The translations under genes and the position numbers were made by a program. Of a DNA stretch of 64,000 bases, positions 12,264-25,500 are shown in pieces. Position 1 is the stretch's first letter. Each line of letters opens with the position of its first letter. Under the pieces are notes generated by a model. That model did no database searches. It was not told where the DNA came from and worked only from the letters and a program-made list of their open reading frames with translations. Origin of the DNA: Bugula neritina (taxonomy: Eukaryota > Animalia > Bryozoa); the NCBI GenBank assembly GCA_964035545.1, contig OZ037765.1:12162698-12226697 (forward strand). The letters run 5' to 3'.

Positions 12264-15200
12264 ATGGAAAATGAGCTGACAAATGCATCAAACGATGATC
12301 AAGCCAGCGTAACCCAAAAACTGGTAATTAAATTCTTCCATATTATACTTATACAGTGTTGCACTTCTTTCAGTGTAAAGCTTTATATAGGCTATTTCAT
12401 TTATAGGAGTGTTCATATCAAGTTATCTTGACAGAATGCTCATTTTTGTGGAAACAACGATATTTTGGCTGCTGAAAGTTTTGTTTAAATGTTTTATTTT
12501 AATAAATATTATCAAATGACTGTTGGTATAAAATGTTTCTTGGTAAAATATTACATGGATCAATTTAAAAGGCCAATTATTTTTGTAAAGACTGAAATAA
12601 TTTCTGTTATTCAATTATCTTTGTGTATTGATTTCACTTAAACACTTGTAAATAGATAGCTAATTATTGACAAATTAAGTTATTCACTTCTATATATTGT
12701 ACAAGGTCAATGGAAATAGTTATCAACATCAGGCATACACCTCCATATCTCCCGCAGTTGTCACAGCTGCTCTCACTACAAAGAGTGCTGTCTCCAACTC
12801 TCCTTTCAGAAGCTTACCAAATATTCAGCCAAAAAACTCTGAAAGGTAAAACTAATTTAAAGCTTAAATAGAAAAATATTTGGGGTACCTAGTTTAGTGA
12901 AAGGCTCAGCTTTTGAAATATTTTTTTTAAAGCTGATGAAATAAATTGACAAAAGTATACTACTTTCATTTTCAATGCAATTATAACTATAGTTATATTC
13001 ATATGAAAAACTGTTATCAATTTTATTTCGTTAGATTAACTTATACCAGTACAAACATGGCGTTGTATACACATTTAATTGCATGTGCCTCGTCTTATCA
13101 TACAGTGCAATACCTCCGAGACAACTGATTCCTAAGACAGATGGTACCAGTACTCAGGGTGCCGCTGCTGTTCAACCTAACAATGTGCTCATCCCCCAAG
13201 GCATCCAACATGTGCTCATCAACGGTCAGCTCTACCCTATCATACAGACTGCTAATGGTACACACCTCCTTATACAGCAGCCTGTTGGCCAGGTGCAACA
13301 CTCCACAGCTAAGCAGGTGTTCACTGCACAGCCGGTTCAGCTTGGCGGCATGGCACCTCCTCAGTCTACTCAGCTGCTCACTGCAGGTAACCACATGCAA
13401 ATATCTAACTCACAATCTTTGCCTGCGACTGAGCAAACCAATGACAGTCTCAGTACCACCGACAGTAACATCATTCACACAACAGCTGGCAATCTGGGTT
13501 TAGCACCCATAATGCCCATTTCTTCTACCGGAATAAATACTATGACATCAACATCTTCTAGTCATTTTCTACCGACTTCACAAACTCCGACCAACTCCTT
13601 CCATATGCAGCCTGTAGCTTCCTCACAGTCCGACCCTCTCAACAATTCTCGCAGACCAACTAACTCAGGCAGCGTGGTTGTTAGCCCTCAAGCTCAGCAA
13701 CTTCTGGCTAAAATACAACATCAACTCCAGTTGTTTAAACGTAAACCAGTCTTGGATGAGGAAGCAAAAAAGGCATATGCACAATTACAGCAAGCTGAGC
13801 ACCAGGTTCTCAACAACATACAGTCTCAGCTGCAAGCTCACAGGGCAGGTCAAGATGCGGCTCAGATGGGCCAACCTGCAAATCAGGGTGCAGCTGTGGG
13901 ATTTGGAGCAGTGGGACCTCCAGGTCAACCACCACCCCCACAAGCCTCCTTGTCTGCTCAGCATACTCTGTTGTTACAGCATGGTGTTACTCCTTCTTCA
14001 GCCAACAAATCAGAGTTAATAATCAAGCCAGGTTTGTTGATTGTATATATCATCTAATAGTGTGCAAACCATTTAAATTACAGACTTGCTTGCTACAAAA
14101 CTCCACTCTGCTAAGAAAAAAGTATGTTGTATTCTATAGCCAGTGTGTGAAATTAGAATGGTTGCTTTTTGCAATGAATTGGGTGTTCAAATATGGCTGT
14201 TTATCAGTGCCATTTACTAAATAACAAACTAGCTGTGTGAATTTAACTTGGTACAAAATAAAATTAAAATTAACTTGATTTTTCATAAAAGTTTTCTCAT
14301 TTTTTATTTTATAATGCAGTTGATTACATTTACATTGTAGTGTTATCAATTGTAGCTGATGCCCTGGCTGTATTAGCACTATTAAAATGTTTGCTTAATT
14401 CTATTTTTCTCTTTTCTGCATAGTACACTGTATATAGCATAAATGCATAAAAGCTGTGAATGAATCTTTAAACTCGAAATTACAGTCCCTGAAGGAGCAT
14501 CTCCATTAACACAAGAAAATATTATGGCCATCATGAATGCTTTTGCCAATGTGAAGGTAAGGAAATTGTGATAAGTTTATTTGTCTGAAAGAGTTTACAT
14601 ATTCAGCTTTTGTAGATCTTTTAAACACCTGATACTTTTTTACATTTTTAGAAAAATTGTCATTTGCTACTAGATTGTTACCCATTATGTGCAGTGTGAA
14701 ACTATACTATTTGGAAAAACTTGGGTGCATAGTTCTTAATAAATGCATCATGGAATGTTAAATCAATGATTTCTTTTGGGCATTTTTGTCCTACATGGTA
14801 AATTTTGTTCAGCACTGCTCATATGTTTTGCTAAATGAATTTCAAACTTTCTAATAGTTTAGGAATTAAAGCACCAGGGATCTTTCAAAATTGTAATATA
14901 AAGAATGCTCTAGACTAAATTGATTTAAACAATACTAAGTCCTAATGTTCAACAGCTTCTGGAGGAAAAGAAATTTATAGTTATTGTGTGTTAACTGCTA
15001 GATTACTGATCATAGGATTGGATTGTAGGTTGGAACACAAATATATAACATACAGCTGACGGATGGGCAGAAAAAGTCTTTCATAGAAGCAATGAGTACG
15101 ATGACAGCTCAGAGTCAGCACAACTTTCTACTGCAGCAGCAAACTGAGATTTTGCTCACTGTGTTTAAGAATCAACAGCAACAGCAGGAGCTCATTCAGC

Positions 15201-18200
15201 AACAGTTTCAGCAGCAAAACCAATTGGCTGTCCAGTCGCAGCAAAGTTTCATACCTCAATTTCAGCAGCCACAGGCTCCAGCATCATCTCAACTGTCCAA
15301 CAAACCTAACGTAATTTCTCTTGTTTATTCGACTATTTAAGTTTGAAGTCATTTTGTTTATTGATCATGGCTATAAACTGGTGAATGGTGGGAAGTTATC
15401 AATACCTTTAAATGATTTGAATTTCCATTGCAGCCTAGAAGTCGATCAAAGAAACGACCGGCAACTAAGAGTAAAAGTTCAAGTAACTCTATTGGGGAGT
15501 TGCCCAAAGTTCCAGTGTTGCCGCCAATGCCACTAGTGCCTGACCCTCCTCCACCCGGCATTAGTAAATCTAAACTTGCTGCTAAAAAAACTAGGCATCC
15601 TGCAAACATGTCCACAAAAAAGATTAGTGAGAAGTAAGTTGTTTATGTTTCATAAATGCAAATAAAAAGTCTACATTACTTTTATTTCATTTTTATTTTA
15701 TGCACATATGCAAGCATTTTATTGGCTTTGTTGTTTTGTTTTTAAAAGTTATCATTTTCCCTCCTTTATATTATTGTGATCATCATTTTTTCATTCTCTA
15801 AAAAAAATATCTGAATAACTTTTTTTGTTGCTGTTGAAAAAAGTATATTATTATTTTTTCTATTAATCCTAGTTTTTGATTTCTTTGTGCATCATACTTC
15901 TTTTACCATTCATTCCTTTATACATATCAGTATTGTTAATGTTCTGCTACACTAAAGTAATTTTCCTAAGTTGTTTTTTAGAATGCTTCAACAGATCATG
16001 AAAGATCAAGAAATAGTGCTCAAACCAGGTGGTCATAAAAAAGCATTTGCCAATGCTAATCAAGTTCGAGAAAGACTTCTTAGGTTTCATCTCTTCTATA
16101 CAGCTGAACCTTATAAAGCATATCGAAAGCTACAAGGTCTGATATTTTACTGCAGGATAACATAAATTGATATTCAAATTCACATAGACAATACTGTATG
16201 ATTTATTTTATTATAAAGAATAACTTTAAATCAAAAACATGTATGTGCAGTCTTTCGCTGCTTTCCATTAATCAACTGTATATTATTTATTTTAGAGGAA
16301 CAACTTTATCGTACGACTGCTCATGAAACGGTGCTGTGCAAAGAGAGGTTGATAGACAGATTTCGCCTTTTGCTGTGGAAGGATAGTATTGATCTCAAAG
16401 TAGCCGGAGAAGATAAACTTATAGCAGATTTGCTGAAGCAAGACGAAGAAGAGGCTATGGAGCAAGACCACGAGCTGGAACTCTGTGATATTGGTATGTT
16501 CAGGTCATCAGCATACTCTTTTAATTATGTTTGTGAATCTGAACACTATTAGTGCTGTAAAATAGTCCAAAGGGCAAATGGAAAACTTAAAATGGCCTGC
16601 TAATGATAATTTTTTTCTGTTTATTTCTTTTCTGTTTGTAGAACATTTTAAAGCTATTTACTCTCAACCTGCGAAAGACCCCACACCTCCTTCTAGTCCA
16701 GAGCTGCAACTTTCTGATGCTCATATTTTACCCACAATTTCTTCTCTGTCTGATGAAAAACCTAGTGAGCTTCAAGAATCTTCTTATGAAACTGAAGTTG
16801 AACTTGAGGAAAAGATTCAAGCCAAGAAGTTATCCAAAGCTAAAGGTGGTTCTTACCCGCTTTCTCCAGAGTCGGACATAATTAGGCACTTGAAAAGAGA
16901 AACGGCGCGAGAAGCAAGAGAACAAAGGGCAGCTAAAAGGGGTTCGGTTCCTGGCAAAGTGAGTGCTCATGATATGCCTTTAGCTGTAACTAAACGGAAT
17001 AAACGCGGTCGTCCACCGAGGATTAAAACACTTTATCCACCCGGCAGTAACTCTGAAAACTCAGAATATACAGATAGCACTAAACCGTCCAATAATATTG
17101 AATCATCATTGTTGTCTTCGGGTCATGAAAAGCCTACTTCAACTCATCAAAATAGCCATAACAATGCAGATACTTTGCCGTTAGTTGGTGATGATCAACA
17201 GGTGTGTAGATCAGCATCTTCCCTATCAAGAAGTAGCAGTAAGAGAAACTCGTCTGCTGAAGATACCAGCAGCAGCAGTAGTAGTAGTGAGGATGAGCTC
17301 ATAGATATTATTGGCTCACCACCTACTCCTCCATCTTCTAATCATCAACTAGTCCCAATAACTCTTGCACTGCCAGTGACTTCTGATTTACATAACTTGT
17401 CTGATAAACCTAGACCCACTTCTCCGGGTGTAGCTAGTCATTCGTCTTATGTCGACAGCTACACTAGCACTCCAAAGAAAGGCTTCTCCATATGTACAGA
17501 AACGGTATTTGAACAATCTGAACAGCACGACAACAGTTTTGAGCAACACAACTCCACGTTTTCACAAAACGACTACGAAAGAAGTCACTCATTCAATGAA
17601 AGCCTGGCACCTCCCAACATTGCTGTACCACCTTCCATTAATTACCAAACACAATATTCAGAAGAGAACAATTTACATCAAGATAATGGTAGATCAGATT
17701 ATTTAGATAATAATCAGTGGCATCCCAGTAACTATAACTCATACAGTAATGAGAATGAACACACGAGAAGTGAAAGTGCTGCAAGTCAGCAGTTATCTGT
17801 AAGTGAAGCAAGTGGAACGCTGCCTGAGCCATCCGATGACCTGGAGTATGATAACTCTACCGATGATGGTGATACAAACGATATTGAGGGAGGTGTTCCC
17901 GTGGCATGGGAAGACAACACTAGGAATGTACTTAGTGAAGCTGAGGACTCCAGAGAATCTATGGAAGATGGTCATGATCAAACTGGAGCTGCTCATGATG
18001 CGCTACAGAAACCTATCATGCCACTGCGCATCAACAAATCTAAGGTAAACTGCACCATATATTCATTTACATACTTTTGCTAGTCAGATTTTCGGTTTTT
18101 TTGCCCTTTTCTTTGTCCTCTAATACAATGCAGTTATTATTTAGGTTAATAAATAAGTTACTTTTATATGCAGTGCTCAAAATATATCTCTCTTGATCTG

Positions 18201-18950
18201 TTTCCGCAGTTTGGTGATTACATGTGGGCTAGTGACGACAGTGCAAGCTCATCTCCCGCACCAATCAGATTGAAGATTAGTGAACCTGTACCACCACCAA
18301 TAAAGCTGAGAATTAAAAGAGATAGAAATGACAAATGGGAAGCTGCCTCTAGCGTCAGCAGTTACGCTTCGGATGCGAATTCTGTGTCCGGCGATGATTC
18401 AAATTCCGAGGAAAATGGTCAGTGTTGTAGTATAGCGTTTGTTTGCTCTATGCATTCAATATTACTGCTCAAGTGTAGGTTCTATAAACTTATTGTTCCA
18501 GTTACACTTATTGTCGATTTTTAAAGACAGCGGATATACATATACATTCATGTTTACTAGTAGACATGGATATGCAATTTTTTGGTACCAGATATTAATG
18601 TTTCCAGTTTTTTTTCTGCTTACATTTTTAAGTCAATCAGTATAGTTCAGTTTGTTAAATTGAGCCTGCAGATTGAGTCTTTCAACAGATTTGTTTTATG
18701 ATATAGTGATCTTGTGAGGTTAAAATATAACGTAGAATTGCAGTGGGAGTAGCTGAAGCCTAGCAAATAAGAAATTTGTATACTTTACACCATTCTTCAT
18801 AGCCAAGTTCATCTTGCAGGGAGTGAGAGTTTGAACTGGATGGTGACGGAGGAGGCAGATCATAGTTCTTCTGCATCTGTTAGTGAGACAGAGCAACAGT
18901 TTGAAGAGGATGGAGAAGATGACGTTCCGTTCTCACATTATGAGTCTTGA
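12264..18950 (+). CDS. BICRA: GLTSCR1/BICRA-family protein (GBAF/ncBAF chromatin-remodelling subunit)
   Basis: Exons (+): 12264-12323, 12706-12845, 13106-14031, 14486-14556, 15029-15310, 15434-15633, 15982-16136, 16296-16493, 16642-18044, 18210-18417, 18820-18950, phase-consistent. Q/P/S-rich disordered N-terminus. The segment QQIMKDQEIVLKPGGHKKAFANANQVRERLLRFHLF...KERLIDRFRLLLWKDS...EDKLIADLLKQDEEEAM matches the GLTSCR1 domain pattern (DQ..VL.P...F......RLL..H...YRLLL). Confidence 0.8.
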
Positions 18951-19567
18951 CCATCTGACAGAGTGTAACTGGTTGTAGCAGTTAACCAACAAGCAATTGT
19001 GCTGTTCAATTTATTTTTTTTGCTGCTATGCTTCATTTACGTTGGATAATTGCTGCAGTAATTGCACTCCCCAGCTCCAAAAGTATTATTTTCTCTACTA
19101 ACTGTATCTGTACATAAGCCTTTATATTGTGATGCAATTTTTTTCAGCATGTTATTGCAATATTCCCAATGCTTTTTACTCACTTTAATTATGTATATAG
19201 CATGTTTCATAACTTGTATAGTTTTTAAAATTTTACTGAGTGAATTTGCATGTTGGCAATTGGCAATACCTCCCTATTTGATATTGTAAGCTTGTAAATA
19301 TTATGTGCTCACAGAGCTGAGATTTTTTTATTTGTATATTGAACTTGCTATCTTATTTCCACACACATTGATTAGTGTTGTTTCCATCAGTATTGAGTTA
19401 TTACCCAAATAAAAATAACTGTTGAACTTTGCATTAAATAATTTCAGTATTCAGTTAAAACCAATAAAAAAAGGATAAACATAATTTTATAGCATAGCAT
19501 TAGATACAAAAAAGTCAAATAAATTACTGGTGTAAGAGCTGTGCTCTGATTTACCGACTCAGGTATT

Positions 19568-22500
19568 TCAAGAAAGTGCTCTCCGCCTATAATAATGCCC
19601 CGAATCAGATTTGCACAACTCGCTGAAGATCATTTTAAACAAGAAGAAGTGGAATGTAACAATAAGGAGAGCTAGAATAACCCAGAAGATAGCTGGCAGC
19701 CCACCATAAGAATGTCCATGTTTATGTCTTGCTAACACTCTGTGGTCTTGTGCAGGAGCTACAATCCAAATATCAAGCATATAATAAACTGACCAGTGAT
19801 GTGATTCTTAGGTGAAAAGAGTTGTTACCTAGTTACAGCCAACTTTATTCAATTGAGTTCAAACAGAGCTGCCTACATTTATGTAGTATTAAAATCTGTG
19901 TTCTCCAAGACAAAGGCAGTGAAAAGTTACAAAAGTAACTACAGTTTGGGCAACCTATGGTGAAGTTTCGGTTCAATGAAAAATAATTTATTGAAAATAT
20001 TCTACCTATATATTAATACTTATATTGTCGTATGAAAATATGCTACTTTAGTTTTTTAATCGGCAGTAATTTTGGCCTTTGACACCTGTAGCTATATATA
20101 TATGTTTTCTCACTAAGCAGTATGTATAGCATGTGGTTCAAACTTAGAGATCACTGCAGTCATCAATCTGTGTATTGTCACAGCTAAGAATAGCATGTTA
20201 TAGTTAGCAGTAATCATTATTAGCTATCTAATGCTGCCAAAACTGAGCCAGGCTGCAGCATTATTAGCAGGTATGTAAGTGTCAAACTAACTGAAGACAT
20301 GCTTAAAAATTTTGTAATAAAACCAAATTTCTGAGGCGTGTAGTCCTGAAATTGCCTTTAACTGATGCTAATTCTTTTGGACCATTTAAACGCTGCATAA
20401 ATGTAACAACCAACATAGACTAATCATACCACTATGTTAAATGCTGTTGCACATGCTTCCTTCACACCAGGCTAATCACCCACCAATGTGTTTGCCAAAA
20501 CTGTGCTATGTATATGTTGGCACATTTTTCCTTCATTTTTTTCCTTATAGGACTTTTTGTTTGTGGTTTACTTTCTTGTGTATACTTTCTCTTCTTTGGT
20601 TACCAAATTTTGCCTTAATACTACTTCTTTTTATAAAATCCTCTCACCAATGCTTTATGGGGTAAGGGCACACACATTTGTTGTATCCTCTTTACGAAAC
20701 CTTGCCTTACTGCTACTCAAATGTAACTTGACAGCCTAGTATTTAAATTAACAGTAAATTGGCAAATGCTGAGAAAAAAGAGGAAAGACCACTAATAGAT
20801 TGAGGGAGAGATTATCAGTTGTCATCCTCCACTTCCCTAAATACTGTTTAAGTTAGTAAAGACCCAAGGCTATGTTGTTACATACCAAGAACAGGTACTT
20901 CTACATGCTGTACAATCTTTCTCAAACTGTTTAGATGCTTTTTACTATCTGAAACGTAGAGAATGGCTGTGAGTGGCTTCGTTAGTTTCACTGGAAAGGT
21001 CTGTGTCTTTCGGCTGAAAAAAAACATTATAAAAATGAACAAATATATTTTAATGAGTTGCTGCTACAAAAATATGAACCAAAACTTTTAATTCTATAGA
21101 GAAAACTTCAATCTTTAATAAAAGTAAAATATTGTAACGAGAAATTTAAAACGGGTAAAAACCTGTGTCTCTAAGCAAACCACAAGCTGGTGAACAACAT
21201 GAACAAAGATCGGATACATTTTGAGAGATTTCACTTCATAGTCAGAAACTTTCTAGCACTGCGTTTGGTAAATAATTTAAATTATTTTGCTTAAACTATG
21301 TAGCAAAGTAGCATATTATATGTAAATAAGTAGCATGCATAAGTATTATACACAGCATTTATTAGAAAATATATTAACGTAGGAAAAAAAATGAAAACAT
21401 GGGTTGCTTTGATTAGCAGTGACAACAAGAAGTACCTTAAGAGTACTGGTTCCGAGAGTCCAGCGTCAGTTCCATAGAAGTTGTCTGCACTTGAGCTAAC
21501 ATGTAGCACCGCATGGTTACTCTCATCCACAATGACGGAGATGTTGAGAAAGGTTTTATCAGCATAGCGTATGTTAGTAAACTGATAGTCTCTGTGCAAA
21601 TCTGCCGGGTCTACATTGAACTCCATGTGCACTACTTTATCATTGGACTCCCTAAAGCTGAGACCACCGAGGCTGAGTAATACAGCCTGTAATACGCCTT
21701 CAGCACCTGCAACATGTTACCATAGTCAAGTATGTATACATGCAACAACTATTATACAAACATACAATATAGAACATGCATCTGTTTGCATGCAGGTGGT
21801 TTTAAAATAAAATTTATAATGCGAATATTGCATAAATTTGAACAAAATTTCTATGTTTAATATAAACTGCATAACTTCCTATTTCCAGTTATGCTTTAAA
21901 TTTTATACATTGTATATTACAAGACTTCAACTACTTGCAGCCAGTTAAGTTAATATAATACACACATGGCATAGCACTATGTATATATATGATTAAATAA
22001 TGTATAAAACTAGTAGTATGTACACAATTTTACCAGCTTTGATATAGTTGGAGCAACCATAGTGTTCTAGACTGCTGAGATGTGTGTCTACCCCTTTGTT
22101 CATTGCTTCCACAGTCTCTCCTATCTGCCACAGTGAACTAAACTGCCTGAAACACAGACTGGATGCGTGTATACACCTCACACTAATAGAGCAGCAAGGC
22201 AACCAGCATAACCTTGAAAATAGCTTGCCGATCTACACTATGTGTAATGCTAAGGGATCCCTTGCAGTGTACAGACTTTTCTAGTATTGTTAGCTACAAA
22301 ATCATTTTACAGTAAATATGAATTGAAATCAAAATAATCTGATGATAAATTAAATGTTAGTATACATTAGTTTTACTATATTATATAAAATCACCAGATA
22401 TACTCTGTAAAATGTAGTTCAACACATTTTGTTAATGTTGGATTTTAGCTTACTAAGTAAACCTAAAGTACATAGCAATAATGAGCCAGTAGTACATAAA

Positions 22501-25500
22501 TACGCTGTATAACAGCTTCAACATGGCAGATCAGAAAACCAGTAGTTTACACTGAAAGCTACAGAATAACTACAGTTCCATGCCAACACTATTTTTGTAG
22601 CATCTCAAGATGCTTCAACTTGCCTTTTGTCAAGTAAAGTGACTAACTTGAATTAAATAGAACTCACAAAGTATGATGACTGTTGTGATAGCAAGCGCGG
22701 GGTTTGTTGAGATAGGTCATAGCCTGAGATACTTCAGATGGAGAGGAAGTCAGGTCTTGCAGAGTGGAGGAGACGTGAGACAAAATGTAGTAAAGTGTAG
22801 AGTTGATGACGTCCGAGTTGAGAGAGTCTGGTGCTTTACTGTCGCTGATGGCAAACCCTGACTGCCACAACTACACACCACAACATGTCTTTACAGTTAA
22901 AATAGGCATCAACTAATCTTGGAACAGGTTAACGAATAAAATTACAGGTCAGACTTGTAAAAAATAATTGGGCATATTATTAATTTCGTAATGAGTAAAT
23001 CTAAGTTGTCATGCATTGCAAATCTGTGCGACTTTGTAAATGGCCTGTTAACTTGCTGCATTTACTATTTAAGCGATGCATGCTGTCATAAACATTACAG
23101 GATTTCTAACAAATGATGATATTATTTACACTGGCTGTGTACAGTGGTCTATGCATGTTATTAAAATCCAAGAATATGAGTAAAATAAGCCGTCCGAAAA
23201 ATTCCACAGTGACAACATTAAACACTTTTTAGAAAATTAAAATTGTTGTTGTAAACTCACGCAAGTTTATAGCGACTATCTCTGTGAGAACTCCTGGCGG
23301 AAAGGATTTTTAAAAGAGTCTAAAGACTTATTTCTATGTGGCACGGGAGCAATTATGACTGAATGCACTTCCTAACATCACTACTAGTGTTCGAACTCGA
23401 ACCACCAATTTTATGTTACCTAGGCCAGCACCCAAGCCACAGCCGCTTAAAAACTGTCCAAACTATAACCTGTAGACAAACCTTATGCCATGCAAGTGTG
23501 TGCTGCTCATAGAGGTCACTGCTGCCGGTGTGTAAAGCACTCTTCACTGCCTTCACACAACGTGACTTCCTGTCTTGAATAGTTTTCTGAGTGACACTCT
23601 TATCGCCTTTGTTTTCCATCACTGTGTAGTCAAACACCGTGAGAGAGTGCCTCAAGACAGTTCTAGATGTGACACCAATTACAACATTACATACCAACAC
23701 CGAAAACAGTATTATATACATTTTATTCTGTGTTTATTATGAATTATAGCAACAAACCTACTAGCTTAATACAGTATCACTAGATAAACATACACAAACT
23801 ACTATATAAATAATTTTGAAGTACTAGCTAGAGTTAAATTCAAGAAAGTTTAATTTTACATAATTGTGATTCATATCCTTCAATAAACCCCCCCCCCCAC
23901 TCCAGGCATCTCTCAAGTTTCTAAAAATTATCACACTTACTTCTTGGCAGGCAGCTCCATAATGCCGGTTCTAGAAAATTCTCGACCAGCTACGGTTAGT
24001 AAAACTTGCTTAGATAATGTTTTGCTGCCAATGTGCCATTTGGTTCCTGAATCGGCATCAGCTTCAGAGTTGTCTTTCCTAAATAATAAATGGTAGAGTG
24101 TCTAGAGGAGAGAGAAATCTACTCCAAAACAGTAAGAGGTAGTGATAAAACTAGTCTAGCAGAAAAGAGGATAAATTTTCCCATACAAAACCAAAAACAC
24201 ACTAAAAATTTTACTTTTATAGAAACAGTCTGTTATGATCATTTACCGGCAAGAAGTCCTGAAAAGTATTACACGCATACCCAAGAGTTTCTTTACGCTT
24301 GGTTGTTGTAACTGCTAACACATAGCAGTAGTTATAAGAATAAGTGGTAAATAATGAGTATCCAATGACATTCAAAAAGAGAATAGGAGCAACAGACTAC
24401 ATACACATGCTCTATTGGGCTGTGCTCCGTGGCCCACGAGGACAGGATGTCTTGAGTCACAGACACTTCAATATTCTTGTCTGTAGGATTGTAAAAACTG
24501 ACTTCTTGGACCAGCAGGCCGGGCCTGGTCCGGTGAACGTATAGAGTCTCCTTTAGTGTTATACAGTTGGCCAATGACTGGAGCAAATTCAGAAATATAA
24601 GTAGTTCATTTATATAAACTAGAAAGAGAGCCAATTTTAGAGATAAAAAACTGGTGAGAAGAATTATAAAACAGTGTAGTAAAATAAAGGAATAAAACAA
24701 AAGCATAGAAAACAACAAAAGCAATGAACACATGGGGCAGTTGCAGCAGTGCTTTGGACTGCTAATGTGCTGAAAAGATGAATAGCAAAACTTGAAGAAA
24801 CTAATGACAATAAACTGTACACTCTATCAAAAAGCAAATGTACAGAGGTCGTATGTTAGCAGATAAGAAGGGGCAAAGGAATATTGTTAATTGAGAAGAA
24901 TTGAAGAATGCACACATAGATAGAGACACAGCATTGAGTAAAACCCAACTGCAGTGGCACGAAAATGACAATTGCACCAGAAAAAGATTTAATTTTATGG
25001 TGATAAGGATTTTAAAAAGTGCATAATAACTACTCGACATCCACCATGAAAATTAAAAAGAATTAGGTGCAGTAACAGAGAAAATTCAGTAGCTCAAGTT
25101 TTTAATTTTATTAATGAAATTTGTTTGAGCATAAATTCTTTTGTAACATTATTTCTCTAGAACACAGGCTTTTCCCAATTTTTCCACTACTATCTCTAAG
25201 AAGTGATGTATAAAGAAGTGCTTTCAGACAAGTCTGAGCTATTAGAATACGATGTAATGCACACAGCCAATTTATGGTGATACCTACAGCTCCATGTTGC
25301 TGATAGCAAGTATGCTTCACTATTTTTCCATCCACGATGTCAAGGGCAAATGCTTCTGCAACAATTAATATACACATATTCAAATTTTAATAAAAATTTC
25401 AAATTTTTAAATGTTACGCAATTTTGTCACTAATAACCGGTTTGATAAAAAAAAACTAACATTGGTGTATATACAGTAATAGTAAATTATTACAGCAAAA

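Noticed and set aside
13098-14019. Overlapping alternative-frame and antisense ORFs in the large BICRA exon (also 17449-18048 and 60909-61333)
   Set aside because: Expected shadows of long, GC-richer exons.
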